Source: Curvularia clavata
Taxonomy: Eukaryota
Length of the DNA: 64,000 nucleotides
Assembly: GCA_023920165.1 (NCBI GenBank)
Contig: CP089279.1
Span: 2,604,001 to 2,668,000, forward strand
Direction of reading: 5' to 3'
The position numbers were made by a program, and so were the translations under genes. The first letter of the stretch is position 1. Every line of letters starts with the position of its first letter. The notes under the pieces are model-generated. The model had not been told where the DNA came from, made no database searches, and saw only the letters and a program-made list of their open reading frames with translations. Below, piece after piece: positions 11,412 through 23,951 of this stretch.

Positions 11412-14225
11412 CACACACTTGCCCTTTTTGTATTGTCATTCCTGTATCCTTGCGAATCGTTCAAGAGACACATTGTACTTTACTGTCTGTGTGCAGTATG
11501 AGCTCCGTGACGCCAGAGGGGCGGTTGCTCCTTTTCCCCTCCTCTTCCCCCTCCCTTTGTTTTTCATTTTCCAAGGCGCCAGCGTTTCTGGCCTGTAATA
11601 GTAACTGAACTTAACAGTGAATAGTGCTTGAATTCGATACATCGGCATTCATTTGGGAGTTTTTGCTTCTTCGTCGACGAACATTTACAACGACTTGGGG
11701 AGAAGAAGGCGAAGAAGCGGAATGCAGAAACCAATCATCTGAGCGTTTAGGAGTTTGACCAGGGCTATTATTTGGGTTAGCATTACGGCAAGATCAGAGA
11801 ATTTGATTTAATGATGACATGATTGTTGGTGCTGCTGTTGTTCCCTAAGTGTAAGAACCAACACTAAGCCAGGCTTTGCATCCGTTTGGCATCGAGGATA
11901 CATGTATACTCTAGTGATGATGCTTACAGCCTCCTGATATCGATAACAGGGTGCGACGCACGGTTTGGAGAGAGCGGTACATGTACCGCGAACACGACAA
12001 AGCGTCAAAGTTCAACTCGGAGTCTCTCGTGACCAAATCGACGCAAGTAACAGACTCGAGGAGGATACATTCAGCAAACTTTCAGGTTGCCCGAGTTTGA
12101 GCATGATGCAAACGTTGTAATTCATTTCCGAATTTTGTCCTAGTTTTGCTCAAAAAAAAAGAAGAGTTAGGTTCCTGGGTCATCCAAATGAGCATTTGCA
12201 GCTCGCTATAAGAGACAGGGGAATTTCTTCACGTCCGTGCAGCGTTCTTGGAGCCCAAACAAGGAACATGCCGACGTGGGACGAGCGTGGAAAGATGAAA
12301 AGGGAAGCCAAAAAAGTTGTCTGTCCGAAAAGGGCTAAGGTATACGAGGACCAGGGTTAGGGTCTCGTTGTGAAGACGGCAATGTGCGTATAAGAAGCGC
12401 AAGCACAGAACATGTGATCTACACTATCCAACGACCAGGCGGTGCAAACACTCTTTCCCTTGAGTGCAGCGGGATAGACGGAACAGGGAAATATAGGAAA
12501 AGGTCAAGTACACGTATGCATTCGATTGTTCGTTTCCAAGATAGCATGCAGCTGAATTGGATCCTATTCTTGACACTCGGCCGCCAATCCCACGCCAGGG
12601 CCAGCCCCTCGAACCAGAGTTCTCTCTTCAGAGGTGGGTTGGTATCAGCAACTGCTTGGCAGCGTCCTGGGCAATTTAAGCTTGGACTTTGGAACGGCGT
12701 GGGGGTTTTGGATGATTGTGGAAGGTGTGGCGTTTGTGGTGAAGTCACGAATACGTTCTGTATCAGCAACGATAGGGAGTAGCAAGGCAAGGGGTAGACG
12801 AACGACGAAGGGATTGGTTGTGTGATTGTGCAATTGTATGCATGCAAGGCATGACACGGTTCGGGGAGAGCAGGTAGGTTCCGAAGTGACAGGGCAGACG
12901 GGGGGCAATGCGGAAGACTGAGTCTCGGTGCAGCTTCGGTGGTGTCAAGGGGACGTTTACAGCATTCATACGAGAATTTGGGGGGTTGCGATATGTAGCT
13001 AAACAGCCATCGGAGGACATGGGGCCGAGTCAGGTGTCAGCGGCTTTGCCCAGCCATATGCGAGGGCTTAGTCGATGACGGAAAGGCGAGGTCGACGTTG
13101 TGAGAGTAGGCCTGAAGGAGACGGGCCAGTACGTAGGTACATAGCCATAGGCCTAATGTGTGTAGCGTCTGGCTGAGAGGGGGGGCATCGGAGGGTGGAG
13201 GGACGCCGATCGTTCGGAAATATAAGTGCAGATCAGTGCAGCAGATGAGACGATTCGATGCGGAGGGTAGCAACAGGCACTCGAGGCGGCAGCAGGGCTG
13301 TTTGTTCCGACGGCAGGCTGGTGGTGCATGTGTACAGGGCGCGATGGCCCATTCGCTCAAGGTGGAGGCTTATCGAGCATCAGGTTGCAGGCGAATGGAT
13401 ACTTGTCATGCACCCCGCCCGCGGGCGGCTCGACTCGACTCAACGGGGCTGACTCGGGTGACCAAGTTTGAGATGTTCACAGGTGGTGGAAGCTTGTTAT
13501 CTAATACGCGTTGGAGGTGTTGGAGTCGGTCGGACATAGTGGCCAATCGGAAGCGGCAACAGAGAGGGCTCGGAGCCGGTGATTGGCGGGGATGTGGTGC
13601 CGGAGCTGAGGCGTTGAGAGTTGGACAGGCAGCGTGTATGTAGACGTGTGAGGCAGGCATGCGGGCCGCAAGGGCCGACAACAGCACACACACAGGGTTA
13701 CAAGTAGTCGTGATGTGAGGATGCGCGGATGTGGTAGTAATGCGTGCGTATACGTGTAGCGTAGCCATGGGAGGCCTAATGTGGAGAGGCAGCGCGCGCT
13801 CGGGGGGCGGAAGCTAAGCACTCTGGGTACGCGCATCTGTGGACGGACTGAGCGAGACCCTGCCTGGGCTGCTGCACTGCACTGCACTGACTGCGACTTT
13901 CTCTCCCCGCTGAATCCACACCCACACACACACGCCCACACCCATCGTCCGCCCACACACGCACCCCCACGGGCGCCCTCAACTACGCGCGCGCGACTCA
14001 GCATCCATACGTACATACTGCACGTACACACGCTCTCTCCCAGGCACTCTCGCCCTCGTCCTCCTGCTGCTCCCCCGTCCTCTGCCCGGCACATTCGCGC
14101 CTCCAATGTCCCAACTGCGCCTGGGGCTTGTCGTTACGCCCGCAACCACGTCGTACAGGCCACTGTCTGCACCCTCCGCAAAAGTCGACAGAGCCTCTTC
14201 CATCGGGTGGTAGGCCCAGCACACA

Positions 14226-17200
14226 ATGCCTGCCACGGGAGGAGGAAGGGCAGCCCATGCCCCGCCCTCCAAGATGCATCCCTCGCGCCGAGAGAGCAGT
14301 GCTACCGCTGCTGCCATCCAGCGCCCCGGCATCAAGACTCGCGCCTATTCAGCCCCTAACGTCCCCAAGTGCGACAGCGACACCAGCAACGGCTCCAACC
14401 GCACAGACGACGACCATGAAGGCGAGGAGATCGCCGACGATGCCTTTTTCCAGCGATATCACTTCCCCCAACCCGTCCCCATTGCCCAGGAGGAAGAGGC
14501 CGGCGGCAGCAGCGCCGAATCCTCTTCAGACACCGAAGGCCCACTGTCACCCACTTATGTCAAGGACCACAGCCAGGCGGGCGACTCCGTCTCCGAGCCA
14601 TCTACAGGGGTGAGTCTTGATGCTATCCCCCCATCCCACTGCTATTTCCACGGCCCAAGTGCTACAAGAGGAGGATCAAGACGGCCATGACGACGACGAC
14701 GACGCGAATGTGAACGAGGAGCAGGTAGACCAAGTGAGACAAGAAGATGGTGAAAAAGGAGTAAGCACAAGGGTGTGGGAAGGACAAGATGAGATAACAA
14801 CACAAAATCTCACACTTCGCAATGCTGACATTTTATTCATCCAGTCTGCCAATAGTGATTCGGCATCAACCAGCATGCCAGACCTGAATATCGCCGTGGT
14901 TGGAGTGCGGGGTTCGGGCAAATCGACCTTTTCACGACGCGCTCTTGGGCTGCCCGACTCCGCCACGTTGGGCAATTGCTCGCGCACAATGGCAATCGAC
15001 GGCACCTCGTATCTGGTCCGCTTCATCGAGATGGCCCTCGCCGATGTGCACGTGGGAGAGCGCGGTACCATCAAATGGCCAGAATCCGTAGCCGACTCTG
15101 CAACCCCTCGTATACATGCTGCCGTTATTCTCTTCGATGTGACAAACCAGGAAAGCCTGGTTAATGTTCCTGAAATGCTCAGTTAGTGCCCGTTTAACCG
15201 GCCCACGAGGCGCCTCCACCTACGCGCCCCTTGCTGACCATGTTCGCAGACACGTTCAACAAGGCCCAACTGCCGTTTGTTTTGGTGGCCTGCAAGTGCG
15301 ATCAACACCCCGCTCATCGCGAGGTCGATCCGTCGGATGTGGAGCACAGAGCAAAGTCCCTCATTGGAGACGTGACCGTGTTTCAGACGTCCGAATCGTC
15401 GCCGGAGGCGCACCGAGCATGCCTGTCGGTCATCACCCGCGCAGCCATTGCAGCCAAGCGACGTGAGTAATTCATTTCCTTTTTTTTCCTTGACAAGCCC
15501 ATCCCGCCCAAAAAGTGACGTGTCGAGCGTGTCACCCCCCCATGGCCAGGCTTCGTGTACCTGCGCACTAGGATGCAAGTCATTAACGTGCTTCAGCACC
15601 CTCCCAAGCCTCCACAGCTCGGCGCCGGGCCAACTCTTCCGCTGTCCAGTCCAAGACCCAAAAGGACCTTTGGGGCCGCAAACACGAGCGAGCTAGCTCG
15701 GAAATCTCCCTCAGGTTTCAACGCAGGCCTAGTGAGGCCAAGGGCCACCGTTATAAGCCCAGCGACGTCAACAAAACGTTCTTCAACGCCGACGAGTCGC
15801 CCGGCTACGACTCGCAGGATTCCGATGATCAAGACTCGGATGCCGGGCAAAGCATCATGTCAGTGAAGCCTTCCGATGAAAATGGATACACCTTCGAGCA
15901 GCTCGTTGACCGCCTGCTGGCCCAACCAATGTCCAAGAATGACACAAAGTTCGTCTCCGTCTTTTTGGCCTTGTACCGGAGGTTCGCTACACCGGGCCAG
16001 CTGCTCGAGGCCATTATCAAGCGCTTCGAGGCCTTGAACAAGGACAAGGAGCCGCGCATGCTCCGCATCATTGCTCAACTCCGCTACCTTTCCATTCTGC
16101 ACCAATGGGTCGCCTACTACCCTGGTGATTTCGCCTACCCCACGACCCGCCGCTTGGTCCGAAGGTTTGCATCCTCGCTGGCCTCGAACCGTGAGTTTTC
16201 CGTCGCAGCAACCGAAATCCTACGCGATCTCGAGATGGTTACCGAAGACGACGATACCGACTGGGCCTGCAGCGACCGTCAACGGGCGCAAAACGAAAAT
16301 GTGCCTGCCTTCCACAACAACGTACTTGATGAGGATTCAGACGAAGACGAATTTTCGAGGGCGTTGGGCCACATGTCCATGGACGATTCCTCACGAAACT
16401 CAATTGCCCAGAGCAGCATGACTGGCGGGGCGCCATCTACAAGCGAGTCCATGGGCTCATCACAGACGCTGCTCACCCAAGTTGAGAAGAATGAACGGCT
16501 TGCCCGACAGCTCGAGCCTAACCCTATCAAACCACTATCCAAAATCCAGTGGCATCAGTTCATGAGTGAACCCGAAGAAGCGATTGCCAGAGAACTGACC
16601 CGCATCGACTGGATCATGTTCTCCTCGGTCCGACCACGAGACCTTGTCCGCCATGTCAGCCTCAACCCAGACGAAAAGAAAAGATGCAAAAATCTGGAGA
16701 ATGTCACACGCATGACGGAACATTTCAACTACATTGCACTACTCGTCACCAACTACATCCTCCTCCGAGACAAGCCCAAGCATAGGGCACTAATGATGGA
16801 AAAGTGGATGAAGATTGCGAGGCAGCTTCGCAAGCTGAACAACTACAACATGTTGGGTGCTGTCATGGCGGGCATCAAGGGCACAGCCATCATCCGCTTA
16901 CATGCAACCAAGGACTTGGTCCCACAAGCCACGACTCAAGACTTTTGGAAATTGGATATTCTGATGAGCCATACCAAGTCGCATGCCGCATACCGATTAG
17001 CCTGGGAAAACAGCTCAGGACAACGCATCCCATACATACCCTTACTTCGCCGCGATCTCGTCTCCGCTTCAGAAGGCAATTCCACCTTTATCAGCGACAG
17101 CAAAAAGACAGACTCGGCATTGGCACCGCATCCTGGTGTCAGCGTATTCGAGGCTGCTGCAGGCAAGCGTGACAGTCGAGAGCCATTACCGGGAGGAGTT

Positions 17201-17494
17201 GTTGGCAAAGAGAGGATCAATTGGCGCAAATTTGAGATTATGGGCGAAGTGGTTGTTGGAGTGCAACGCGCCCAGGGCACACCTTATCCCAACTGGCAAA
17301 AATGCGAAGAGATTCGGACGCTTATCCTTGATGTTAAGATCAACAAGGACGACGAGGTAACTGCTGCAAGATTCCTTTCATGTGTTTTCAGACAGCTAAC
17401 ATTGGACCAGGAACTCTGGGAGCGAAGCGCTCATCTCGAAGCCCAAGGAGCGAATGAAAAGGGGAGAATTGCTCGATGGTTTCGAGAGCGTTAG
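14226..17494 (+). CDS. RasGEF (REM + CDC25 domain) with an N-terminal Ras-like P-loop domain, 5 exons
   Basis: Introns 14610-14844, 15182-15249, 15463-15596 and 17357-17410. GVRGSGKST and CKCD motifs; FLALYRRFATP (REM); IARELTRID, LNNYN and IPYIP (CDC25). Confidence 0.9.
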
Positions 17495-18698
17495 TGCCAC
17501 CATTTCTTACTAGTCTGCCCTTTTGAGGTTGGCTTTTGTCTTTTTTTCCTTTCGTTCGTAGAAGCTTAAAGAGGAGAGGAACTAAGCCGAAGACTATAGC
17601 TGGGCGTATCTCTTTGCCCTCGATGCCTTTGGCATTAACGTTAACCCATCCGGCTATTGCGGCAGCGACAGCATCAGGCACCTAACACACACTCACAACA
17701 CATACACAACCTCCACAAGTGTCTTCGCGATCAAAAGAGACACAGCAGCAGCAACTCGACTGGGCTTCTCTGCTCCTCCACAGCAACGTCCGTGCAAAAA
17801 AGCTACGCAACGTGCGCATCTTGTTCTTTTCCACATTTTACAACCTTGCCTCCCCTGTTGCGCCCTCGCCATATATACCCATCTTTGTTCCTCCCTCCCT
17901 CCGACTCTGGCTGAATGTGGTAGTGGGGGAGGAACTGCATCTGTAACGACATGTTCTGTTTTGGCCTTTTTCTTGTGGCACACATTACGAATCATCTCAT
18001 TACTTATTCGCTTGTCTATCCTTTTATATACTTGGCCCCCTTTTTTTTACATCTTTTTGAATCGCACGATACCTCTTTCTATATATTTTCTACTTTTAGT
18101 TTTCTTCTCTCTCGCTGGGTGGCTTTGCCTTTGTGGGGGGTGGGGGTGGGGGTTTGTTTGTGGATGGTGCTTGGTTGTGTGGCTTGGTCGTGGTAGTGAA
18201 GGATCTCGATGTTGTCGTTGGATCATACATATTTTCCGTATCTTCAGAGAGAGAGAGACAGTCCCAACAAAACAAAAAAATAATTGGAAAAATGGTTGGT
18301 TTTCGTTGTCATTTTGCTGCTCGTTGGTATAAACCAGGTCTTGGCCCTGTTCTAGAGCTCGTCACTTGAGTTTTACAGCCTTCTTGGGTGAGGGTTTTGG
18401 CTTCTGTTTTTTGCCTCGCTCGAGTGTGTTGGGAATTAGATACGACAGTACTAGTTATGGAATTTAATATTCTTCATCAAGCTCTTTGCTCTGTGATTCT
18501 GCTTAGAATAGGGTATGAGTGTTGCTAGTAAGATGGCATAGCACAATAGGGTAGAATGTATATCAACTTGAAGGGAGAGAGAGAGAGAAAGGGCAGTGCA
18601 CAGCAAGTATATGTATGATTGATCTTTCATATATATATATGATCACATAACCCTTTCAGGACGCGAATCTGTACTCATGCCGTAGTGATTATTCCCTT

Positions 18699-19078
18699 CT
18701 ATTTGTTCAGCTCCTCAGCCCTCTTCTTGAGCTCTTCCTTGCTCGCAGCCTCGGGGAGCTTGTCCGCCATGACAGGACCCTAGAACAACGGTTAGTAATT
18801 ATGAAGGTCTCCCACTCTTATCAATTGCAGTATCTTACCTTTGAATTGTGAGCCGCCGCGGTCATGTGGCCCCCAGAGTTGTCGTGCATCTGATGGGTGG
18901 AAGCGGTCGAGTCGGAGGAGTCCTTTGCGATCTTGTCGGTGATGCCTGTGCGAAGTGAGGTTAGATTGGCTTGATGTTGGGAGTAGAGTGAGGGGGCATG
19001 GCATTTGAGTAAGAAAGGAAGAGGGAAAGAGAGACACTTACTGCCAGGAGCAGACTCTTGGACTGGGTGAACGGGCAT
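18699..19078 (-). CDS. Small hydrophilic hypothetical protein, 3 exons (MPVHPVQESAPG...SKEELKKRAEELNK*)
   Basis: Canonical introns 18946-19041 and 18780-18838 with branch sites keep the frame open. Confidence 0.7.
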
Positions 19079-19090
19079 ATTGTACGGATG

Positions 19091-19342
19091 CTAGTTTTGC
19101 TCTTTGTTCTTCTCTGGACGAGATATCTTCGGGGCAGGACCACCGATGTAGAGAAATTCTTTGCAGTAGGTGTCTACTTTTTCGTCAAGAGTTGTCGGCT
19201 GCTCGTCGTTGACGTTGAGCTTCTGGGTGTCAGTGGTTAGGGAGGCGGTGGTGGTATCTGTTGCGTCGGCTTGCTGCAGATACTCGAGAATGGAGGTGAA
19301 TGCTTCTTGGTTGAGTTTAGAATGTTTAGAGAGGGACGTCAT
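19091..19342 (-). CDS. 83-aa ORF directly upstream of, and in frame with, the 19078 gene
   Basis: Protein-like composition. The TAG is followed 12 nt later by an in-frame ATG. Confidence 0.35.
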   Translation of the reverse strand: MTSLSKHSKLNQEAFTSILEYLQQADATDTTTASLTTDTQKLNVNDEQPTTLDEKVDTYCKEFLYIGGPAPKISRPEKNKEQN

Positions 19343-20726
19343 GATGGAAGCAGCAGTTTATGTAGGCGGATAAGGGCACGTAGTGGATGCGTGATCGGTG
19401 ACGTAGGTGTGTGTGAGATTGTATGGTAGGAGCTGCGAGTGCGTGGAGCGGGTTGTGCTAGTGCGGGGTAGGAATGGTAGGTAATTCACATGTCTGCTAC
19501 CTACGTAGTATGTACAAACGGTGTCTAGAGTATATGACGAGACGAAAAGTTCAAGGCACGGTAAATTGCCAGGCGTACGTGATGAGCATGACGGTTCCCG
19601 TGTCATGGTGTTAGATGCATCGGCGTTGAGTGATAACGTTGAGACGTGCTTCTCAACAATTTCTGGGTCCTCAATATGCTTGAATCCGTCCAATTTGGTG
19701 GTAAGAAGTTGTTCCTATGCTTGTTGATGCACTTTGGCTTCCGTGGAGGTCGTCTTCAGACTGATCACTCGCAAGGATACGCAGCACGCAAGAAAGACCT
19801 CAAAAAGCATGTATATCTCGAGTAGGCATCGAGTCTAGAACATGTCCAGGTTTAGCTAGTTTATTTGTGCTACCTTCATAGTACACGCTAAAGGTATCTC
19901 TGTTGTCGTCTAACCATGCGCGGTGGCTGTATGGCGGACTAGTCACCTGCATTGTACCAATGGCTACGCTAGAAGAGCAGGTATACCGTACCTTGTATAA
20001 GCAAAAACAAAGATGCAAGTTTGAAGATAAAACCAAATGGCGTTGCATAGCACATCCACATTTGCCCCATGAGGCGAAAACGCATACTATACACCAGGTC
20101 CGCCATGGCCCCTTGCTATTAATACACTTGAAGCCGGCTAGTTGCTTGACGTTTGGCACCCTTCGCTCTGCCGGATAGCGGGGACGGTTGACACTGCTTG
20201 GAGGCTGGTGGTTTCCCCCACCTGGTCACATTACCGCCAGTGCCAAAGACCAAGACGCACCGCGCATCCAAGACCCAAGCCTTACTCGCACGCGATCAAG
20301 ACGCCGTCATTCGATGATTAACGTTTGTGGAAAATGACGCGGGGAGCAAGTGGCCCACAGCCCGCCGAACTCTGTGAGCCGGTGCTCAGCCACCGAAACG
20401 CGTCGCAAGGGTGCTGGGCCTTCCCCTTCCGAGCCCCCCAGGCATGTTTCGCCTTAAGCAGCGCCTTCATTCAGGGAGAGCGGCACACTCAACAACCGCC
20501 TCTCTGCTCAGGTCTCCCCAGGCTCTTCTCTTTTCTGGTGCCATGTACCCGGAAGCCATGTGAGGAACGGAACGTCGTCTGCCGTCGATCGTCATAACCC
20601 TAGCCTCCTCACCAGCGTCGCATCGCAATTCACCATTTGACCTTATACCCGCTGGCCGGAACTCGTCTTCCTGACGCTTTCGTTCCCGCCTGCACTGCGA
20701 CTTGCCGTCGCACCTCAGGCTTCGCG

Positions 20727-22224
20727 ATGCCTTCGTTACTCGCGACCTCACTGTTCGCGCGCCAGAACCCCCTGGACGACGCGAGGAACACCTTCTCATC
20801 ATGGGACAATTGCATGGCCAAGGCCTACTGCAAGTGCGTAGTATCGCCACTCGTTGGGGGGCTTCCCCTTGCTCACATTCCACAGGTGGCCAGTCATTGC
20901 TGCGATCATTATCGGCGGTCTCATTCTTTTCTCTGTAATCGCCTGCGTTGCGCGATGCATATGTTGCGGTGCTGAATGCGCCTGCTGTTGCTTTAGGTGC
21001 TGCACTTCATGCTGCGGCGGCGGCGGTGGGAGGAGATCACACAAGCGTATCAATAGTGAATCGGCTCGCCCATATCCTCAATCTTACGCTCCACCGCCTC
21101 CTGCGAATCCCTATGCGCAAGCACATGCAGCTGCACCGCCTGCACCAGTCTTCGCCCCGCAACCGGTGAACCAGCAGTATCGCTCCAATCCCATGCCCAC
21201 CTTTACTCCGGCCGCGCAGCCAGAAAGACCGCAATTCGCTACGTTTGATTCGTCCAAGGCTGTTGTCAACGAGGACTCCCTTCCGGCTATGCCAACTTGG
21301 AAGGAGGGGCGGGATGTTCACGTCGAAGTCGAGGAACCGCCTATGCCACAAAAGAAGGGAGATATGGAGATGGACAGGCTGGACCACAACGGAAGTGTGA
21401 CGAGTGGATCTATGGCGGCGGCGGCAGTACCTGGAGCGAGGCGGTCTCCTGGCCCGGGCAGGTCCCCGGTTTCACCAAATCATGGTTATCCGCCAAATGG
21501 TTCCTTTGTGAGCGATTCCACACACTACAACAACAACAATAACCACGAGCAATATGGCCAACCGTATGGCCAGCAAGACGGATACCGCCAGGGCCCTGCA
21601 CAGAACCAATCTCCAGTCTATGGTGCGGGTGGAGGCTATGCCCCACAGCAGCAACAGCCATACGGTCGAGGTTCACCGGGTCCATCCCAAGCATACGGGT
21701 CCCATGACCAACTGAGTCAGCATCACGAGCAGCATGCACCATACCAGCAGCCGCAGGCAGCATACAACCAACAGCCGCAGACATCGTACAACCAGTCAGC
21801 GCCTTACAACAACCGTCACGATCCCTACGATCAACGAGACTACCCCGATGAGCCGAGTGACTACTCAGCTCCTCCACCAGCCTCTAACCCGTACGGTTAC
21901 AACGCGAGCGTAGCCCCATCATACCACACCTACGACCCCGCTCCGGTGCAGCAACAACCGTCGCCACCACCACCGGCGGAGGGACCCCCTCCTTCACTCA
22001 CTCCCGGCCGTCCTGCTCAGGCGACCTCGCCAGTATCTGCATACCCGGGGCAACGCTCGTACACTCCCGCGGCGGACACTACAGCACAAGCACCGCAGCA
22101 GACATACCGAGCGTTTACTCCGGGAGCAGAAAGGCAACAGCAGCAACAGCAGCAGCCGCCGCTACCACAGCAGTATAATGGAGTGAGCCGAAAGCCAATT
22201 GATGGATCGTACAGGGAAATATAA
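20727..22224 (+). CDS. Single-TM protein with juxtamembrane Cys cluster and Pro/Gln/Tyr-rich tail ('fibroin-3 related' type fungal protein)
   Basis: SSWDNCMAKAYCK^WPVIAAIII; intron 20834-20885; CICCGAECACCCFRCC; PQFATFD...VNEDSLPAMPTW. Confidence 0.8.
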
Positions 22225-23031
22225 GCAACGCAACACTGAAGGGACGCGTGGTTTCTTTTTTTCATCTTCGCTTCACCTTTTTTTCAGAATTGATGTAAAT
22301 GTCTGATACCCATATCACCTCTAGTCTCAACAAGGGTTATTAGCAGGGAGCGTAGTCGTAACACACACTCGAGACTTGATTTATTCAACCATTAACCTTG
22401 AAATGCTGCACTTGGCGGCATTCTTCATTTCTTTTGTTCTTCTTCTGAACTGTCGAGTAAACGTATTTATCTTTTGCTTCATTCGTGTTTTGGACCAAGT
22501 CACGGTATAGAAGTGATGTTGGTTCAGACAAGGTAGAGAGAGTAGACAAGCAACAATGCATAAAGTAAGGTCCATTACTACAAAGCTAGCGGGGGTATCA
22601 ATCTATGCGCAGGTTCGTGTGTTATTAAGAAGAGAAGAGAAAAAAACGTCTTCGACTTCCCCCACATCCCCTTTGCATCCGTCTCTCTCTGCCAACAGAC
22701 CATACGATAAAAAGGTTTACAGGAGAAAATAGACCAGCCTGCTCGTTCGCACGCCAGCGCTTTCCATGCCATAATCATTACCACTTCCTTCGTCTTCGTT
22801 TCTCTGCTCCGTGGGTATAACCGCTCTCGTTCTCAACAGGCGAAAAACAAATGAAAAAAAGAAGGAGAAAAGTCGTTCGGCCGCTCATCGCAATCGTCGA
22901 TCTCGGTAATCGTTGTATCGACAAGTCGCCCTCGCAGCCTCAATCGTACCCGTACCTCACGCGCACATCTAGCCCAACAGAGAAACGCGTCACGTCAGTC
23001 ACGACTGAACGCGGGAGGTAACGGGTTCAGA

Positions 23032-23300
23032 CTAGACTCTACTCGTATGCGTGGTCCTCCTTCGGCCGCCGCCGCCACGGCCGCAAGTCAGGCAGCTGAT
23101 GATGATGCCGAAGAGGGAGACGATGGCGTTGATGATTGCCTTAAGACCAGCAGCGATGGCGTTGACAATGGCCATGATGCAGTTGCCGATGGTGCGGAAC
23201 TAGCAATGTGTTAGCGGATATGTGTGTGCGGGAGGGCTAACAAGCGCAAGGCTGACGATGGACGTACAATGGACTTGATGCAGGATACGACGGCACCCAT
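23032..23300 (-). CDS. 66-aa small hydrophobic protein with N-terminal MGAVVSC
   Basis: Exons 23268-23300 and 23032-23199, intron GTACGT...CTAAC...TAG. Product: MGAVVSCIKSIFRTIGNCIMAIVNAIAAGLKAIINAIVSLFGIIISCLTCGRGGGGRRRTTHTSRV*. Confidence 0.75.
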
Positions 23301-23809
23301 GGTTGCGGTGTTGTTGTTTTTTGTTTACTGAATGGGTGTGTTTGTATGAGACGGAAGGGCGCCGATTGGCAAAGATGATTTTGTTGGATAGGTGATGTGA
23401 TGTGTGTGTGTCTGTGAGGAGGAATGTAGAACAAAGCAATGAAAAAGGCTTCCAGGGCTTTTATTCTAGCAGACCGCCAGCTCAGCGCGCCTTACCTTAC
23501 ACAAACGCTACGTCACTGGCGTCCGTGCCTGCTGCTGGCCGTTTCTCCCCCCCTCTCTGCTCATCTCCGTTTCTGCCATTGCAGAAAGCAGCACCGTACA
23601 GCACAGCAGCCCGCAGCCCGCAGGCTCTCGCGCCCCACTTGTCTGGCGCCGCAATATGGGCAAATTTGCGGGATCTAGGTCATATGCTGCAGCTGACCTT
23701 TCCTGAATCGGCCGTGCAAAAGCCAGCCAGGCCCAAAAAACACCATCATTTCATGGGAAAGGCAGGTTTTCCATGGCCCAGCCTGTGACGCAAGGCCATG
23801 GAGCATCCC

Positions 23810-23866
23810 CACCAGGTGGGGCAGTAATTCGTTGTGCATCTTGTGATGAGTAATCCACCCCAACAC
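23810..23866 (+). repeat. Left TIR CACCAGGTGGGGCAGTAATTCGTTGTGCATCTTGTGATGAGTAATCCACCCCAACAC
   Basis: Exact reverse complement of 25377-25433. Confidence 0.95.
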
Positions 23867-23951
23867 TCCGCAGTGTCGCACCTACCCACCACCATCTTCA
23901 CAGCCACACAACGCAGCCAATACTAGTCCAAATGAATCAATTCAAAGTGCA

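Noticed and set aside
11600..14200. Many overlapping ORFs upstream of the RasGEF
   Set aside because: GC-rich, low-complexity promoter/5' UTR sequence (CA and TG runs) producing spurious frames.
23770..23802. 9-bp inverted repeat TCCATGGCC/GGCCATGGA beside the TE insertion site
   Set aside because: Short enough to arise by chance; a single site gives no evidence of a targeting role.
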